Shown in pieces: positions 24,217 to 35,015 of a DNA stretch of 64,000 bases (position 1 is its first letter; each line of letters begins with the position of its first letter). The position numbers and the translations under genes are program-made. The notes beneath the pieces are model-generated. The model was given only the letters and a program-made list of their open reading frames with translations. It did not search any database and was not told the origin of the DNA. This stretch comes from Torpedo marmorata (Eukaryota): contig OZ360242.1 of assembly GCA_977017645.1 (NCBI GenBank), positions 52,390,001 to 52,454,000 of the forward strand, read 5' to 3'.

Positions 24217-25365
24217 CCGTATTTGACGGCATATAGGGCACCTCCCCCCCCCCCATTTTTAGCGTGTGATTTCAGGAAAAAATTGTTTTCGTGTATTTAC
24301 CTTCACAGCAACAACACATCCTCCTGCCCGCCGCACGCCGAGGCTCAGGCTGTTTTCCCCCCACCGTCCAAACGCTAATTGATTGACAGGTGTGACGGGA
24401 CCTGCGGGCGGGCGAGGGTGGGAGGGAGAGAAGCCAGGACAACGGGCAGGGCCCAGGCCCACCGTCGCGGGGAGCAGACGATCGATCGCTTGCTTTGAGG
24501 GGAGCGCTGGGCCTCGGTGATCAGGCTCCACACTGAGCCTTTGTTCTACGCGCATGGTCCCCCGAACAGATCGAATGAGGCGCAGGTGGCAGTGAGCGAG
24601 CAGGCGGCCTGTTGAGCTGAGCTTGACAGGCCGCTCATTCACTGCCACCCGCCCCTGCGCCTCATTCAATTTGCTCGATGGTTCGTGTTCGTCGAACAAA
24701 GGCTGATCATCGAGGCCCAGCACTCCCCTCAAAGCACTGTTGGTGAGAGCGAACAGGCGGGGAGAGAGCGGGTGAGAGCGAGCGGGTAGGGAGAGCGAAC
24801 AGGCGGGGAGAGAGTGGGTGAGAGCGAGCGGGTAGGGAGAGCGAACAGGCGGGGAGAGAGCGGGCGGTGAGCAAGCGGGCGGGGAGAGTGGGCGAGTGCG
24901 AGCGGGCGGAGCGAACGGGCGGGGAGAGAGAGCGGACGGGGAGAGCGAGCGGGCGGGAGCGAGCGGGCGGGGCGAGAGCGGGCGGGGCGAGCGAATGGGC
25001 GAGAGCGGGTAAGAGTGTGTGGGCGGGCGGGGAGAGAGCGGGCGAGTGCGAGTGGGCGGGCGGGTGAGCGAACGGGCGGGGAGGGAGCGGGCGAGAGCGA
25101 GCTAGCGGGCGGGTGGGGAGAGCGAACGGGAGGGAGAGAGCGAGTCTTCTTACCGGGGGAAGTGAACGGCAGTGGCGGCGAGTCCGGAAAGCACGGGCCA
25201 CCCAAGGGAATGTGGTCCACAAAGCTGCGGTCCCGCTTCCTGGACTCCACTCGTTGCCCAAAATGGCGGCACCAAAATGTCACCTTCGCGTATAAGACCC
25301 GGGGTTGTTTTTGAGGCGATTTTTTGGTAAAAAAAAGGGGGGGTCTTTTATGCCGTCAAATACGG
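24217..25365. mobile_element. Tc2-like non-autonomous transposon carrying a purine-rich tandem repeat, nested in L1
   Basis: Perfect 17-bp TIR ccgtatttgacggcata with TA TSD; the L1 sequence resumes on both sides. Confidence 0.85.
24745..25142. repeat. G/A-rich minisatellite (~46-bp unit gagagcgaacaggcggggagagagcgggtgagagcgagcgggtagg, decaying)
   Basis: Read directly; units start near 24745, 24791 and 24837. Confidence 0.85.
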
Positions 25366-26745
25366 TAATTAGTTGTCTACGTTTATCTACAGAACTCCTC
25401 TTTTGTAAATCTTTATCTAAAATTGTTATTTCTTTTTCTGATTGGTCTATTTCTCTCATATATTCCTGTTGAATACCATGCGTCGAGCTGTGGACCCAGC
25501 GGCGATCCGTACAGATGTTTTAATAAGTAATACTACACTACCTTCTTTTCTTTTTTAGTTTTTAGTAAGGGGAGGGAATTTAAAGGGAGGGAAGGGGTGG
25601 AGGGTGGGACAGAAACATTAAATATTAAGTACTAATTTTAACTTGAAGTGTTTGGAAGATATAAGGGGTTGGGGGGGTTAAGGGAAGGGATAGATACACT
25701 ATTTAATACAAATATAAATATGGTTTTATTTACTGAAATTAATAATGTATATTATTTACGTATGTATTACTGTGTGAAAATCTAAAATTTAAAATAAAAT
25801 ATTCAAAGTAAAAAAAACAAGTTTAAAATTGTAAATGTTCTCTGAAGTAACACATAAACCTTTGGTGAAGATGGAAGCAAATATTCAGCTAGCGGAGTGC
25901 CTTGGTCGTGCTTTGCTCGTAGCAGCTGCTTGAATAAAATTTGAATAAAGTAGTTTTTGAATAAAATGGTGTCGCCCAGGATGAAGAGCTGGCTGACGCT
26001 GCTCGCCATTGGGGTGACTCTCTTAAAGTGTCTCCTTATCCCTGCTTAGTAAGAGTCGCCCCGGTCAGAGGCTTTATCTGTTAACTTAGGGTCGGGGGGG
26101 TTAATTATCCATAATGTTATTGTTCGTCTTTTGGGCGGCTCCGTGGACGGGGAGGAACCTGCAGATGCAGCGACGGTTAAATGTTTTCAAAGAATGTGAC
26201 TGAAAATAAAGTAAAATGTTTTAAGGTTTATATATTCATGCAAGTGAAGTTTGTTCATTGTAAGTACAGTATAGTATTTTTGTCTTTTAAATTGTTTATT
26301 TTTAATGCAGGTGTATTAGTTAGGCATTGTAAGAGTAAGTCTCAAGCAACCAGAAAATACACTTATACAGCATCTACCAATCCCTATAGGTGCCGGACAC
26401 CAGAGGTTTCACTGTACTTGCCTATTTTTTTGAATATTAGAACTACAGCAACTCTTCTACCGCTGGACTTTCCCTGCTACCAATGGACAGCCATACAATC
26501 AATGCTGGGTTAAGCCCACCACATGAAAGCGGAGGATTTGTGCTGTCAACAACAAACGCCAGCACGATCCACTGTACCAAGCAATTATCTATTTATTCTT
26601 TTGCAGCATCTCAGCTCCAAGGAAGTAAGACTTTGCGACTCCACTTCCAGGTCAGAGTTATGCAGCACAGAAACAGGTTCTTTGGCTCACCAGGTATATG
26701 TTGATTAAGAACCAATGTACTGTATTCCAATCCCATTTACCAATA

Positions 26746-26845
26746 CAGGTCGAGTACCCCTTATCCGAAATGCATGGGACCAGAAGTGTTTCGGATTTTG
26801 GATTTTTTCGGATTTCAGGTATTCGGATAAGGGGTACTGTACCTG
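26746..26845. mobile_element. ~100-bp Tigger4a/MER46-like MITE
   Basis: ta|caggtcgagtaccccttatccgaa...ttcggataaggggtactgtacctg|ta. Confidence 0.8.
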
Positions 26846-26864
26846 TATTAGGTGTAACCTTCGA

Positions 26865-27080
26865 CACACAGGAGACTGCAGATGCTGGAATCTGGAGCAA
26901 CAAAACAATCTGCTGGAGGAACACAGTGGGTCAAGTATCATCAGTAGGAGAAAAAGAATGATCAACGCTTTGGGGCCGGAACTCTTCATCAAGACTGAGA
27001 GTGCAGAGGGGAGATAGTAAGTATAACGTGGACAGGGTGGGAGGTGTCTGACAGAGACTAGTGGGAGATTGGTGAGCCAA
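26865..27080 (-). mobile_element. Penelope terminal-repeat relic
   Basis: The minus strand reads cttgatgaagagttccggccccaaagcgttgatc...ccagcatctgcagtctc. A similar relic lies at 37262-37425. Confidence 0.6.
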
Positions 27081-27304
27081 GGAAAAAGTGCTTGAGATAT
27101 TTTTGATATTGTAAGGGACATTGTAACAGCGCACATAAAAAATATGATTCAGCAGAGTTTTATGAGAGGAAACGGTGTTTGGCAAATCTGGTAAAAAGCT
27201 TTCATGAGGAAGTAAATAGCAACATCTGTGGACTAACATTTAGGTGAAAACAGAAAATGAAAAATAAACTGGTCTTTTTTCAGAATATTATGACAACAAT
27301 CACA

Positions 27305-28500
27305 ATTAGAATGTAGAAAAGTACAGCACAGGCCCTTCGTCCCACGATGTCTGTGTCTAACATGATACCCAAATTAACTAAAACTCTGCTGCTTGCACGT
27401 GATGCATATCCCTATATTCCCCAAATATTCATGCGTCTTTCCAGAAGCCCCTTAAATGCTCCTATTGTATCTGTTTCCACCATTACCCCGGCAGCCCGTT
27501 CCAGACAGTTATCACTCTGTGTGTGGAAAAACTATCCCGCACATTTCCTTTAAACTTGAGTTCCACCCCCCCAACACCTCCTCACTTTCAACAGACATCC
27601 TCTAGTATGTGATATTTTTACCCAGCAAAAAAGACTGATTTTCTACTCTTAACTATGCCTTTCATATTTTAATAATCTTCTCCCCTCATCCTTCGATACT
27701 TGAGAAAACAACCCTAGTTTGTCTAACCTCTCCCCATAACTCGAGCCCTCTAATACAGCCAATGTCCTAGTAAATATCTGTATCCTTTCCAAAGCCTCCA
27801 CATACTTCCGCAATGGGGCAACCAGAATTGCACACGATACTCCCAGTGTGACCTAACCAAAATTTTATACATCTAAATTTTAAAAAAATAAATCCCTTAC
27901 CAGATTCCACCATTCAGCCCCCAACCAATGTGGGCAAGCATACCACCTTCTAAATTTAAATGTAGTCATACAGCACAGTAACAGGCCATTTCGGCCACTC
28001 AATTTACACCCAATTAACTTACAACACCCGGTACGTTTCGAACGGTGGGAGCAAACCGGAGCCCCCGGGGAAAACCCACGCAGACATGGGAGAACATACA
28101 AACTCCTTACAGACAGTGCGGGATTCGAACCCCAGTCCCGATCGCTGGTGCTGTAAAGGCATTGCGCTAACCGCTACGCCAACCGTGCTGCCTCTTTACC
28201 ATCCTATCCACCTACGTGGCCACTTTCAGGGAGCTATGGACCTGGACTATCAGATTTCTCTGCAAATCAATACTTTTAAAAGTCCTGCCATTATACTTTC
28301 CCCTGACATTTGACCTCCCAAAGTGCATCACCTCACACTTGTCCCGATTAAACGCCATCTGCCATTTCTCTGCCCATATCAGTAACTGATTTACATCCTG
28401 TTGTATTCTTTGATAGCCTGCTACTGTCCACAACTCCACCAATCTTTGTGTCATCTGCAAACTTACCAACCCACCCATCTACTTTTTCATCCATCATTTA
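27305..28500 (-). mobile_element. Degraded CR1 3' region interrupted by a SINE
   Basis: The minus ORF 28212-28478 reads WAEKWQMAFNRDKCEVMHFGR. A CR1 3' tail lies near 27305. Confidence 0.7.
27950..28192 (-). mobile_element. Young tRNA-derived V-SINE (HE1-like)
   Basis: A box tggcgtagcgg, B box ggttcgaatcc, V-domain, and tail ccgtgctgtatg...taaattt. Confidence 0.85.
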
Positions 28501-28544
28501 TATACAGTAGATTTAAGTAAAAACACAATGCTGGAGAAATACTT

Positions 28545-29280
28545 AAGGTGAGTGAGGAGAAATTTAACAGGAACCTGAGGGGTATTTTGTTTTTGTTTTT
28601 TTTGCAGAGGGTGGTGAGTTAATGGATTGAGTTGCCGGAGGAGGTAGTTGAGGCAGGTACTATTACAGTGGTTAAGAAAAAAATGGAAAGATAAATGGAT
28701 AGGCTGGGTTTAGAGTGATATGGGCCAAATGTAGGCAAGTGGGACAAGTTGGGTGGGACATTTTGGTCGGCGTGGGGAAGTTTGCTCCACGGGCCTGCTT
28801 CCACAGTTTGACTATGACTATATTTTTTTAATCAATTTTACTGATAAAACTGAGAGAAATAGGAAACCAAGCTGTAAGGAAAAGTCAGCAAAGGGGTACA
28901 TTCAAGTGGGCAAGAAAGTGGCCCATGGAATATTAGTCTATCACAATTTACAAGAATGAAAAGCAATCCTATATACACTTACAGGTCTCCCAAAGAAACT
29001 GACAGAGTGGATGCTGAGTACATCACCTTAATAACTAAAGCTCACGCACTTAAGGCAGAGATAAGGAGGCATTTTATTCATTGCAAAGTCCTGAGTCTGT
29101 GAAATTCTCCAGCCCAGCAAGTTGTGGAGGTGGAGCATAGAATACATTTGACACAGAAATTAATAGATATTTCAAGTACAAGGGAGTTAAGCAATATAGG
29201 CTTCAGACCAAGGCTGGAGCTGCGATGAGTTTTGTGTGATAGAGCAGGTTTAAGGAACCATTTGGCCTTCTGGCTCATGA
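28545..29280 (+). mobile_element. Degraded CR1 3'-end fragments
   Basis: 'gcagagggtggtgag...gaggcaggtact...gatatgggccaaatg' and a second copy near 29000-29280. Confidence 0.55.
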
Positions 29281-29329
29281 AAAGCAGTTGGTAAATATGC
29301 AGGTCAGCAAATAATTAGCAAGTCAAATG

Positions 29330-30540
29330 ATATACAAACGTGCTGGAGAAACTCAGCAGGTCACACAGCATCCATAGGAAGTCAACTTTTCGGGCCTGAA
29401 CCCTTCATAAGGAACCTAGAAAAACAGGTAGACACCTGAAAAGGTGGAGCAAGGAGGAGAGTAGGGAGGAAGGGGAGGAGCACAGGCAAGAAGTGATGGA
29501 TGGATAAACATTAGAGGGTAGAAGAGAGCAGAGGGCTAAGGAAGGTGGCTCTCTGATAGGAAAAGGAAGAGAAGGGAGTGGGGAGCTGGAAGGAACAAGG
29601 CAGAAGGGTAGGGAAACAGAGAGATAGGGGGAGAGGGGGCTAATTTATGAGGAGAGATTGAGTAGCCTGGGATTATATTCACTGTACTTTAGAAGGATGA
29701 GTGGGGAAGCATAAAGTAATGAAATGAATGGATGAGTTAGAAGCAGGGAGGTTATTTCCACTGGCAGTTGAGACAAGACTAGGGGATTTAGCCTTGAGAT
29801 TTGGGGAATAAATACAAGACTGATGAAGAGGAACTGCTTCTCTCAGGGAGTAGTGAATCTGTAAAATTCTTTGCGCAATGAAGGCAGTCTCGTTGAGTGT
29901 ATTTCAGATGCACAGATTTTTGAATGGGGGAATTAAGGATTAGGGGGATCATGTGGATAAGTAGAGCTGAGTCCATGACCAGATTAGCCATGATATTTTG
30001 ATTGGCAGAGAAGACTCAACAGGCTAGATGGTCACCTTCTATTCTAGTGTTCCTATGTACTAAAATGCAGGAGATCTAGGGAAATTGGAGAGGTCGATAT
30101 TGATGCTGTCTGGTTGGAGAATGCCGAGACGGAATGCAAGGTGCTGTTCCTCCAATTTGCCAGTACATGAGGCCATGGACAGGCACGTCAGTGTGGCAAT
30201 GGTGTGCAGAATTAAAATGGTTGGCAACCACCCCTTTCCTTTCTTCCCCTATCTGGGAGGTCCTTACTGTTGAAGCAGACAGAGCGAGGTACTTAACGAA
30301 GCAATCCTGCCTGGCATCCAGCCTCCCCAAGGCCACATTGATGCAGTAAATGGCCACTACAGATTCACAGCGGAAGTGTTGCTTCACTTGGAAGGCCTGT
30401 TTTGGGCCCTGAATGGTGGTGAGAGAGGTACAAGTGCACATGTAACACTTTTTGCAGTCACAGGGGTAGGCACAGAGGGAGGGAGGGGGGGGGGGGTGGG
30501 GTGACAAATGGTGGGAAGGGATGAGTGGACAAGGGAGTCT
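29330..30540 (-). mobile_element. Degraded Penelope 3' part (GIY-YIG remnant plus terminal repeat) interrupted by a CR1 3' fragment (~29645-30060)
   Basis: The minus ORF 30076-30507 reads LTTIQGPKQAFQVKQHF...VANHFNS, homologous to 17153-18682. A hammerhead-like relic lies near 29385-29412. Confidence 0.7.
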
Positions 30541-30869
30541 TGTTTACCTTTTTGCAAACTTGTGTAACTCCCTACCACAGAATCTTGTTGAGGCCAGTTT
30601 GTAAGATATGATCAAAAGGGAGTTGGATGTGGCCCTATTGGCTTAGCCTTAAAGGATCAAGGGGTAATGGAGTAAAAGTAGGAATAGGGAACTGAAATTG
30701 TATGATCAGCAATGACCATCCATATTGAATGGTGAAGCAGTGTTAAAGGGCTGAATAGCCTTCTCATGCTCCCATGTTCTGTTTCAAAACATTCTGAAAG
30801 GGAAAGAGTGGATGCTGAGACTACTTTCTCAAACTGGAGAGTTGTTGTTTCCTCCCACCCCCAATCAAT

Positions 30870-31250
30870 GGGATTTGCCGCGATCTCGTCTAAAAAGAGC
30901 TCGCAAAATCAGTGAGGATCCCACCACCCGGCATATTCCAGTTACTCCCGTCGGGAAAGAGATACAGAAGTATCAGAGCGAGAACCACCAGGCTGAGAAG
31001 CAGCTTCTTCCCACGGGCAGGGAGACTGCTGAATGACTGATGAACTGCTCATACTCAACTACTTAGTGACTCAACTACTTATTTAACAATTTATTTATTT
31101 GAATATTTGTATACAAGTACTGTGCATATGTATCGTTTGTTTGTATATGTTATGCCTTGTCTGCATGTTTGCAGTGTGTTGCACCGAGGACCGGAGAACT
31201 GTGTTTCGTAGGGTTGTACTTGTACAATCGGATGATAAATAAACGAACAT
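30870..31250 (+). mobile_element. Rex1/Babar-like LINE 3' fragment
   Basis: Encodes IFQLLPSGKRYRSIRARTTRLRSSFFP. Confidence 0.65.
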
Positions 31251-31358
31251 AATTACAGGAGGAAGGGCTGATGGAAGGGGATTATCAGAGGTTCAGCATT
31301 AACTCAATGGGTCGAATTCTTCTATATTGTAAAACAATACGTGTCTGACACACTCCAT

Positions 31359-31919
31359 TGTCATGTATTCTATGTTAAGAAATACACTGCAGACAAAGGC
31401 ATGATGCTTCGTTAGTCGTTTAATACAAATCTGAAAATGGTTCTCCCACCACACACAGTATATATATCAGAACGTCATACGCCTGTAGGCGTATACATAC
31501 ACTCTTCCCCCCCACAAAATAAATGTTTATATAATATATGTGCAGTTTTTATAATAAACTGCAATAACTATGTGTGGGTGCAGTATTTAAGCGTAATACA
31601 TGGTGCCTCTATACATGGCGCCTATAGGCGTATACATAACACTCTTCCCCCCCACAAAATAAATGTTTATATAATATATGTGCAGTTTTTATAATAAACT
31701 GCAATAACTATGTGTGGGTGCAGTATTTAAGCGTAATACATGGTGCCTCTATACATGGCGCCTGTAGGCGTATACATAACACTCTTCCCCCCCACAAAAT
31801 AAATGTTTATATAATATATGTGCAGTTTTTATAATAAACTGCAATAACTGTGTGGGTGCAGTATTTAAGCGTAATACATGGTGCCTCTATACATGGCGCC
31901 TGTAGGCGTATACATAACA
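31359..31919 (-). mobile_element. Small LTR (TRIM-like) element: one ~143-bp LTR plus three tandem 140-bp units
   Basis: Termini tgtcatgtat...atacataaca, 5-bp TSD tccat (31354-31358 and 31920-31924). Units start at 31502, 31642 and 31782, each with a PPT (gggggggaagag on minus) abutting TGT. Confidence 0.75.
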
Positions 31920-31949
31920 TCCATGTTTAATTCAAATTAACACATCTCA

Positions 31950-32350
31950 ACCAGAGGTTCCAGGACCCCTTCATCCTGCCCGGCCTGCAGCCTTTACCTG
32001 GGCTGGTGCAGGGCCTGCCCTGTGGGACGCCGGCCGCCCCGACCACGGTGAACGTGCCCGTCTCGTCGAGGAGCTGCAGGCTGGTGTTTTGCTCGGGCCG
32101 CACCTCCAGCACCGTCCCCTGCATCCACACCACGCTCACGTCCAGCGGAGCCCGGCCACTGCCCGGCCGCTCCATGAGCCACTCCGACGGCTGTCCGCCC
32201 CGCGTCGCGCCGAGCCGCAGCTGCCCAGCCAGCACCTTGCACGGCGGCGACTGCCACCGCCCGCGATCCGAGGCCGCGTCCATCGAACGCCAGACAGCCA
32301 GCCAGCCGCCCACGACCAGCCAATGAGAGAGCCGGAGAAACCTCTCCGCC
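31950..32350. promoter_or_regulatory. CpG island over RMI2 exon 1
   Basis: Locally high GC and CpG density in an AT-rich, CpG-depleted background. Confidence 0.75.
31998..32283 (-). CDS. RMI2: RecQ-mediated genome instability protein 2, coding exon 1 (OB-fold N-terminal part)
   Basis: MDAASDRGRWQSPPCKVLAGQLR...PLDVSVVWMQGTV...GVPQGRPCTSPG matches human RMI2 SPPLKVLAEQLR..AVWMQG..VPRGRPCLVPG. Donor CAG|gtaaag. The joined CDS is 435 nt (144 aa plus stop). Confidence 0.96.
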
Positions 32351-32497
32351 AATCAGATCAAGAACAGGTCTAACCAATTGTAGTGCCTGGTGAAGCCTCT
32401 CAACCAATCGGAGAAGTCATGAACACACGAACAAAGAAAACGCAGCAGCGGATAGGTTCACACTCCACCAATAAAATAATGCAATATTCTAACCAAT
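32320..32497 (-). promoter_or_regulatory. RMI2 proximal promoter/5' region with six CCAAT boxes
   Basis: CCAAT on the plus strand at 32320, 32349, 32374, 32404, 32468 and 32493; no obvious TATA box. Confidence 0.65.
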
Positions 32498-32852
32498 CAC
32501 AATCGAGTTCTTTTTCCGGGGGAAATGTCAAAGACAAGAAGGCAGTGACTTAAATGAAAGAGGGAAAGTTTAAAGGAGATTTATGAGGCAAGTTATTTTC
32601 ACAAAGAGTAGTAGCTGTTGAAGGGGATGGAAGCAGATACGATAGCGATATTTAAGGAGCATTTAGGGATATCAACCATATGCAGTTTAGATTGGCATCA
32701 TGGACAGCATTGACAGGGTAGGCAGAAGGGCCTGTTCCTGCCAAGTACCTCTCAATGTTTATAACCCATGTTGACGCCATCTGCGAATCACTGTAGTTAG
32801 GCAGTCCACCCTGTCAATGAAAGGAGTGGCCAATGTCTTAACCAATTCCAAG

Positions 32853-34127
32853 GTTTAGACATAGACATACAGCACGGTAACAGGCCATTTCGGCCCACGA
32901 GTCCGTGCCACCCCATTAACCTACACCCCCGGTACGTTTTCAATGGTGGGAAGAAACCGGAGCCCCTGGAGAAAACCCACGCAGACACGGGGAGAACGTA
33001 CAAACTGCAGCGCGGGATTCGAACCATGTTACGAACTAACAAACCTTGCTGGTACTAACAAAGGAACAGCAATGGAAAATTCACCAGACAATGGTAAATT
33101 AAAAATAATAGTTTTTATTAAACTATTAATAACATAACATTTCTTACTTATCTCTAAATTTAACTCTAACTTAAACCCCGCTATGCGCAAATGTAAATGT
33201 GTGTGTGTTAAAGTCCAAACTATTTCAGTTTAAACTTGAGTCTGAAAAGTCAATTTTAAAGTCCAGTTTCAAACTTCTTGTTGAACTTCAGGATCCCTTT
33301 AAATTGTGGTTCAGAAGTAATTATAAAACAAGAGTGAAGCACCCGATTTCTTTCAAACACACACGTCTTTTGATGAGTTGTCTTTCAGAGAGATATTCTT
33401 CTTCATGCGAGTGATTTCACAAACTCCCTCTTATCTTGCCTAAGAGTTCCGGACTCTGTTTTCCACAATGATTTCTTTCTTAATCGAAAGTAACACATGA
33501 GGCTGCCCTCTTTTCTTACTTATTTAAAAGCCACTTATGTTGTGTATCTCCTTTGATAAGGATGATACAAGACAGAACAATCCTGTCTTTCCAGGATGTC
33601 AAATTTTCTTAAACTGACTCCTTTGTCTCTGAGTTCGATAATATATTTCTTGCACATCTCTCATGTCACATGGTATGTGACATCATTTCTGTCTTTGAAG
33701 TTCATAATGTCTTCTTCACAATTATGTGCTAAAAGCATCTCATTCCACTTAGACTCCGTGATGTCTATCCACATGGACACAGAATGGATCTGCGTTTAGA
33801 CAGGTGCTTCTGAGTCAACACCTATTGTTTTCAGTATCTCAAGAACCATCATAAAGCCTTTCATCTCTTGGCTTCAACTGCAAACAGCAGACATTCTGTC
33901 TCTGAAAATGGCCACCTGCCATCTCAAAGAACCATATGTGTTTAAAATCCAAATGTGTTGTCTTTGTGCCCCTGAAACCACCCAAAACTAACTTACTAAG
34001 CCATCTCTAGATGAAATATAGTTTTAACATTAAACTAAAGATTAATCATAGCACATTTGTCACACCCGGTCCGGTCCCGATCGCTGGCGCTGTAAAGGCA
34101 TTGCGCTAACCGCTATGCCAACCATGC
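32853..34127 (-). mobile_element. V-SINE split by a solo LTR
   Basis: SINE body at 32853-33026 and tRNA head at 34065-34127. Confidence 0.75.
33027..34064 (-). mobile_element. Solo LTR, layout similar to 12836-13800
   Basis: Ends tgttac...gtcaca. It shares the layout tttattaaa...aacccc.ctat...gtgtgtgt with the earlier LTR. The TSD is unclear. Confidence 0.6.
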
Positions 34128-34199
34128 GGGTTGTACTACCAATGGGAGCAGACCTGTGACTGGTGATATTGCGACAAAAGTGCATGGTTGGTCTTGCAG

Positions 34200-34361
34200 A
34201 ACAGAACATAAGAAACAGGAGCAGGAGTAGGCCATCCGGCCCGTCGAGCCTGCTCCGCCATTCAATGAGATCATGGCTGATCTGATGATAGGCTCATCTC
34301 CACCTACCTGCCTTTTCCCCATATCCCTTAATTCCCTTACTATGTAAAAAACTATCCAACC
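34200..34361 (-). mobile_element. CR1 3' end
   Basis: Reverse complement of the CR1 3' UTR seen at 36935-37090. Confidence 0.75.
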
Positions 34362-35015
34362 TTGTGGAAGGAATGGAATGTAAAGAAACAAAAACTTACA
34401 GTTCAGCAGCGCTTTTCCAGTCCTTCTCCAAGGATTTTACAACCAAAGAAATGTGAGTACATGCTTCTTTCCCCGCGGAATCCTCGCTGATCTGTTGAGT
34501 ATTTCCAGCATATTGTTTTTATTTCAGATTTCCTGCACTTGCAATTGTTTGATTTACATTTTGAAGTAACTGTTGCCATAGAGGAAAGGTCCATGAAAAA
34601 TCGTGTACAACTGAAAAAGACAACAAAAGGCTTGGGAAACTCGAAAACAGACCATCCGTGAGGTTTGCAAGGAGTCATTGGTCTTTCCACCTGCCTGAGA
34701 TTATTTCACTCATGAAGTGGAGTGGAAAGTTTCCTGCGACTGCCAAAACCATCCACCATCCAGTCATAACACAGAGCTCTTTCAAATTCAAAACCAAGAT
34801 TCAAAGAAGGACATGGAATATGAAACCTCAATAGTGAACAAAAATAAAAAGAAATTCAAGCTTCACTGACTAACACAATAAGCAATGTTTCATTCTCTGC
34901 GAATCAAAGACCACGTACAGACAAAGTTGTGTGGTTTTAACTTCTATGGTAAAGCACATTGCTGAAATCTGAAGATAGCAGTTCCCTTTTTAAAGACAAC
35001 AAATCTATCAACGAA

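Larger units (their letters stand above)
23370..25806. mobile_element. L1 LINE with an inverted 5' part (ORF2 on minus, 23370-~25467) and a direct 3' UTR (~25468-25806)
   Basis: The minus strand has KAPGEDGF, YRPISLLNADYK and LDAEKAFDRLEW. The plus strand has a G-rich UTR and aataaaat. The 3' flank aaaaaaaacaagt resembles the 5' flank aaaaaatacaagt. Confidence 0.8.
21299..26414. mobile_element. Tigger-like element (CAGTAAAACCCCTGG TIR) split by two L1 insertions and a Tc2-like element
   Basis: The left part is 21299-21429; the right part ~25808-26414 ends 'ccagaggtttcactg|ta'. Confidence 0.65.

Noticed and set aside
24707-25314. Pro/Arg/Ala-rich ORFs of up to 184 aa
   Set aside because: They arise from the G/A minisatellite inside a MITE.
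31927-32352. 141-aa single-exon ORF taken as the complete gene
   Set aside because: It starts at TTG and reads through the splice donor at 31997. The homologous protein starts at ATG 32283 and is completed by exon 2.
32510-32526. Possible E2F site upstream of RMI2
   Set aside because: tttttccggggggaaa does not match TTTSSCGC on either strand.
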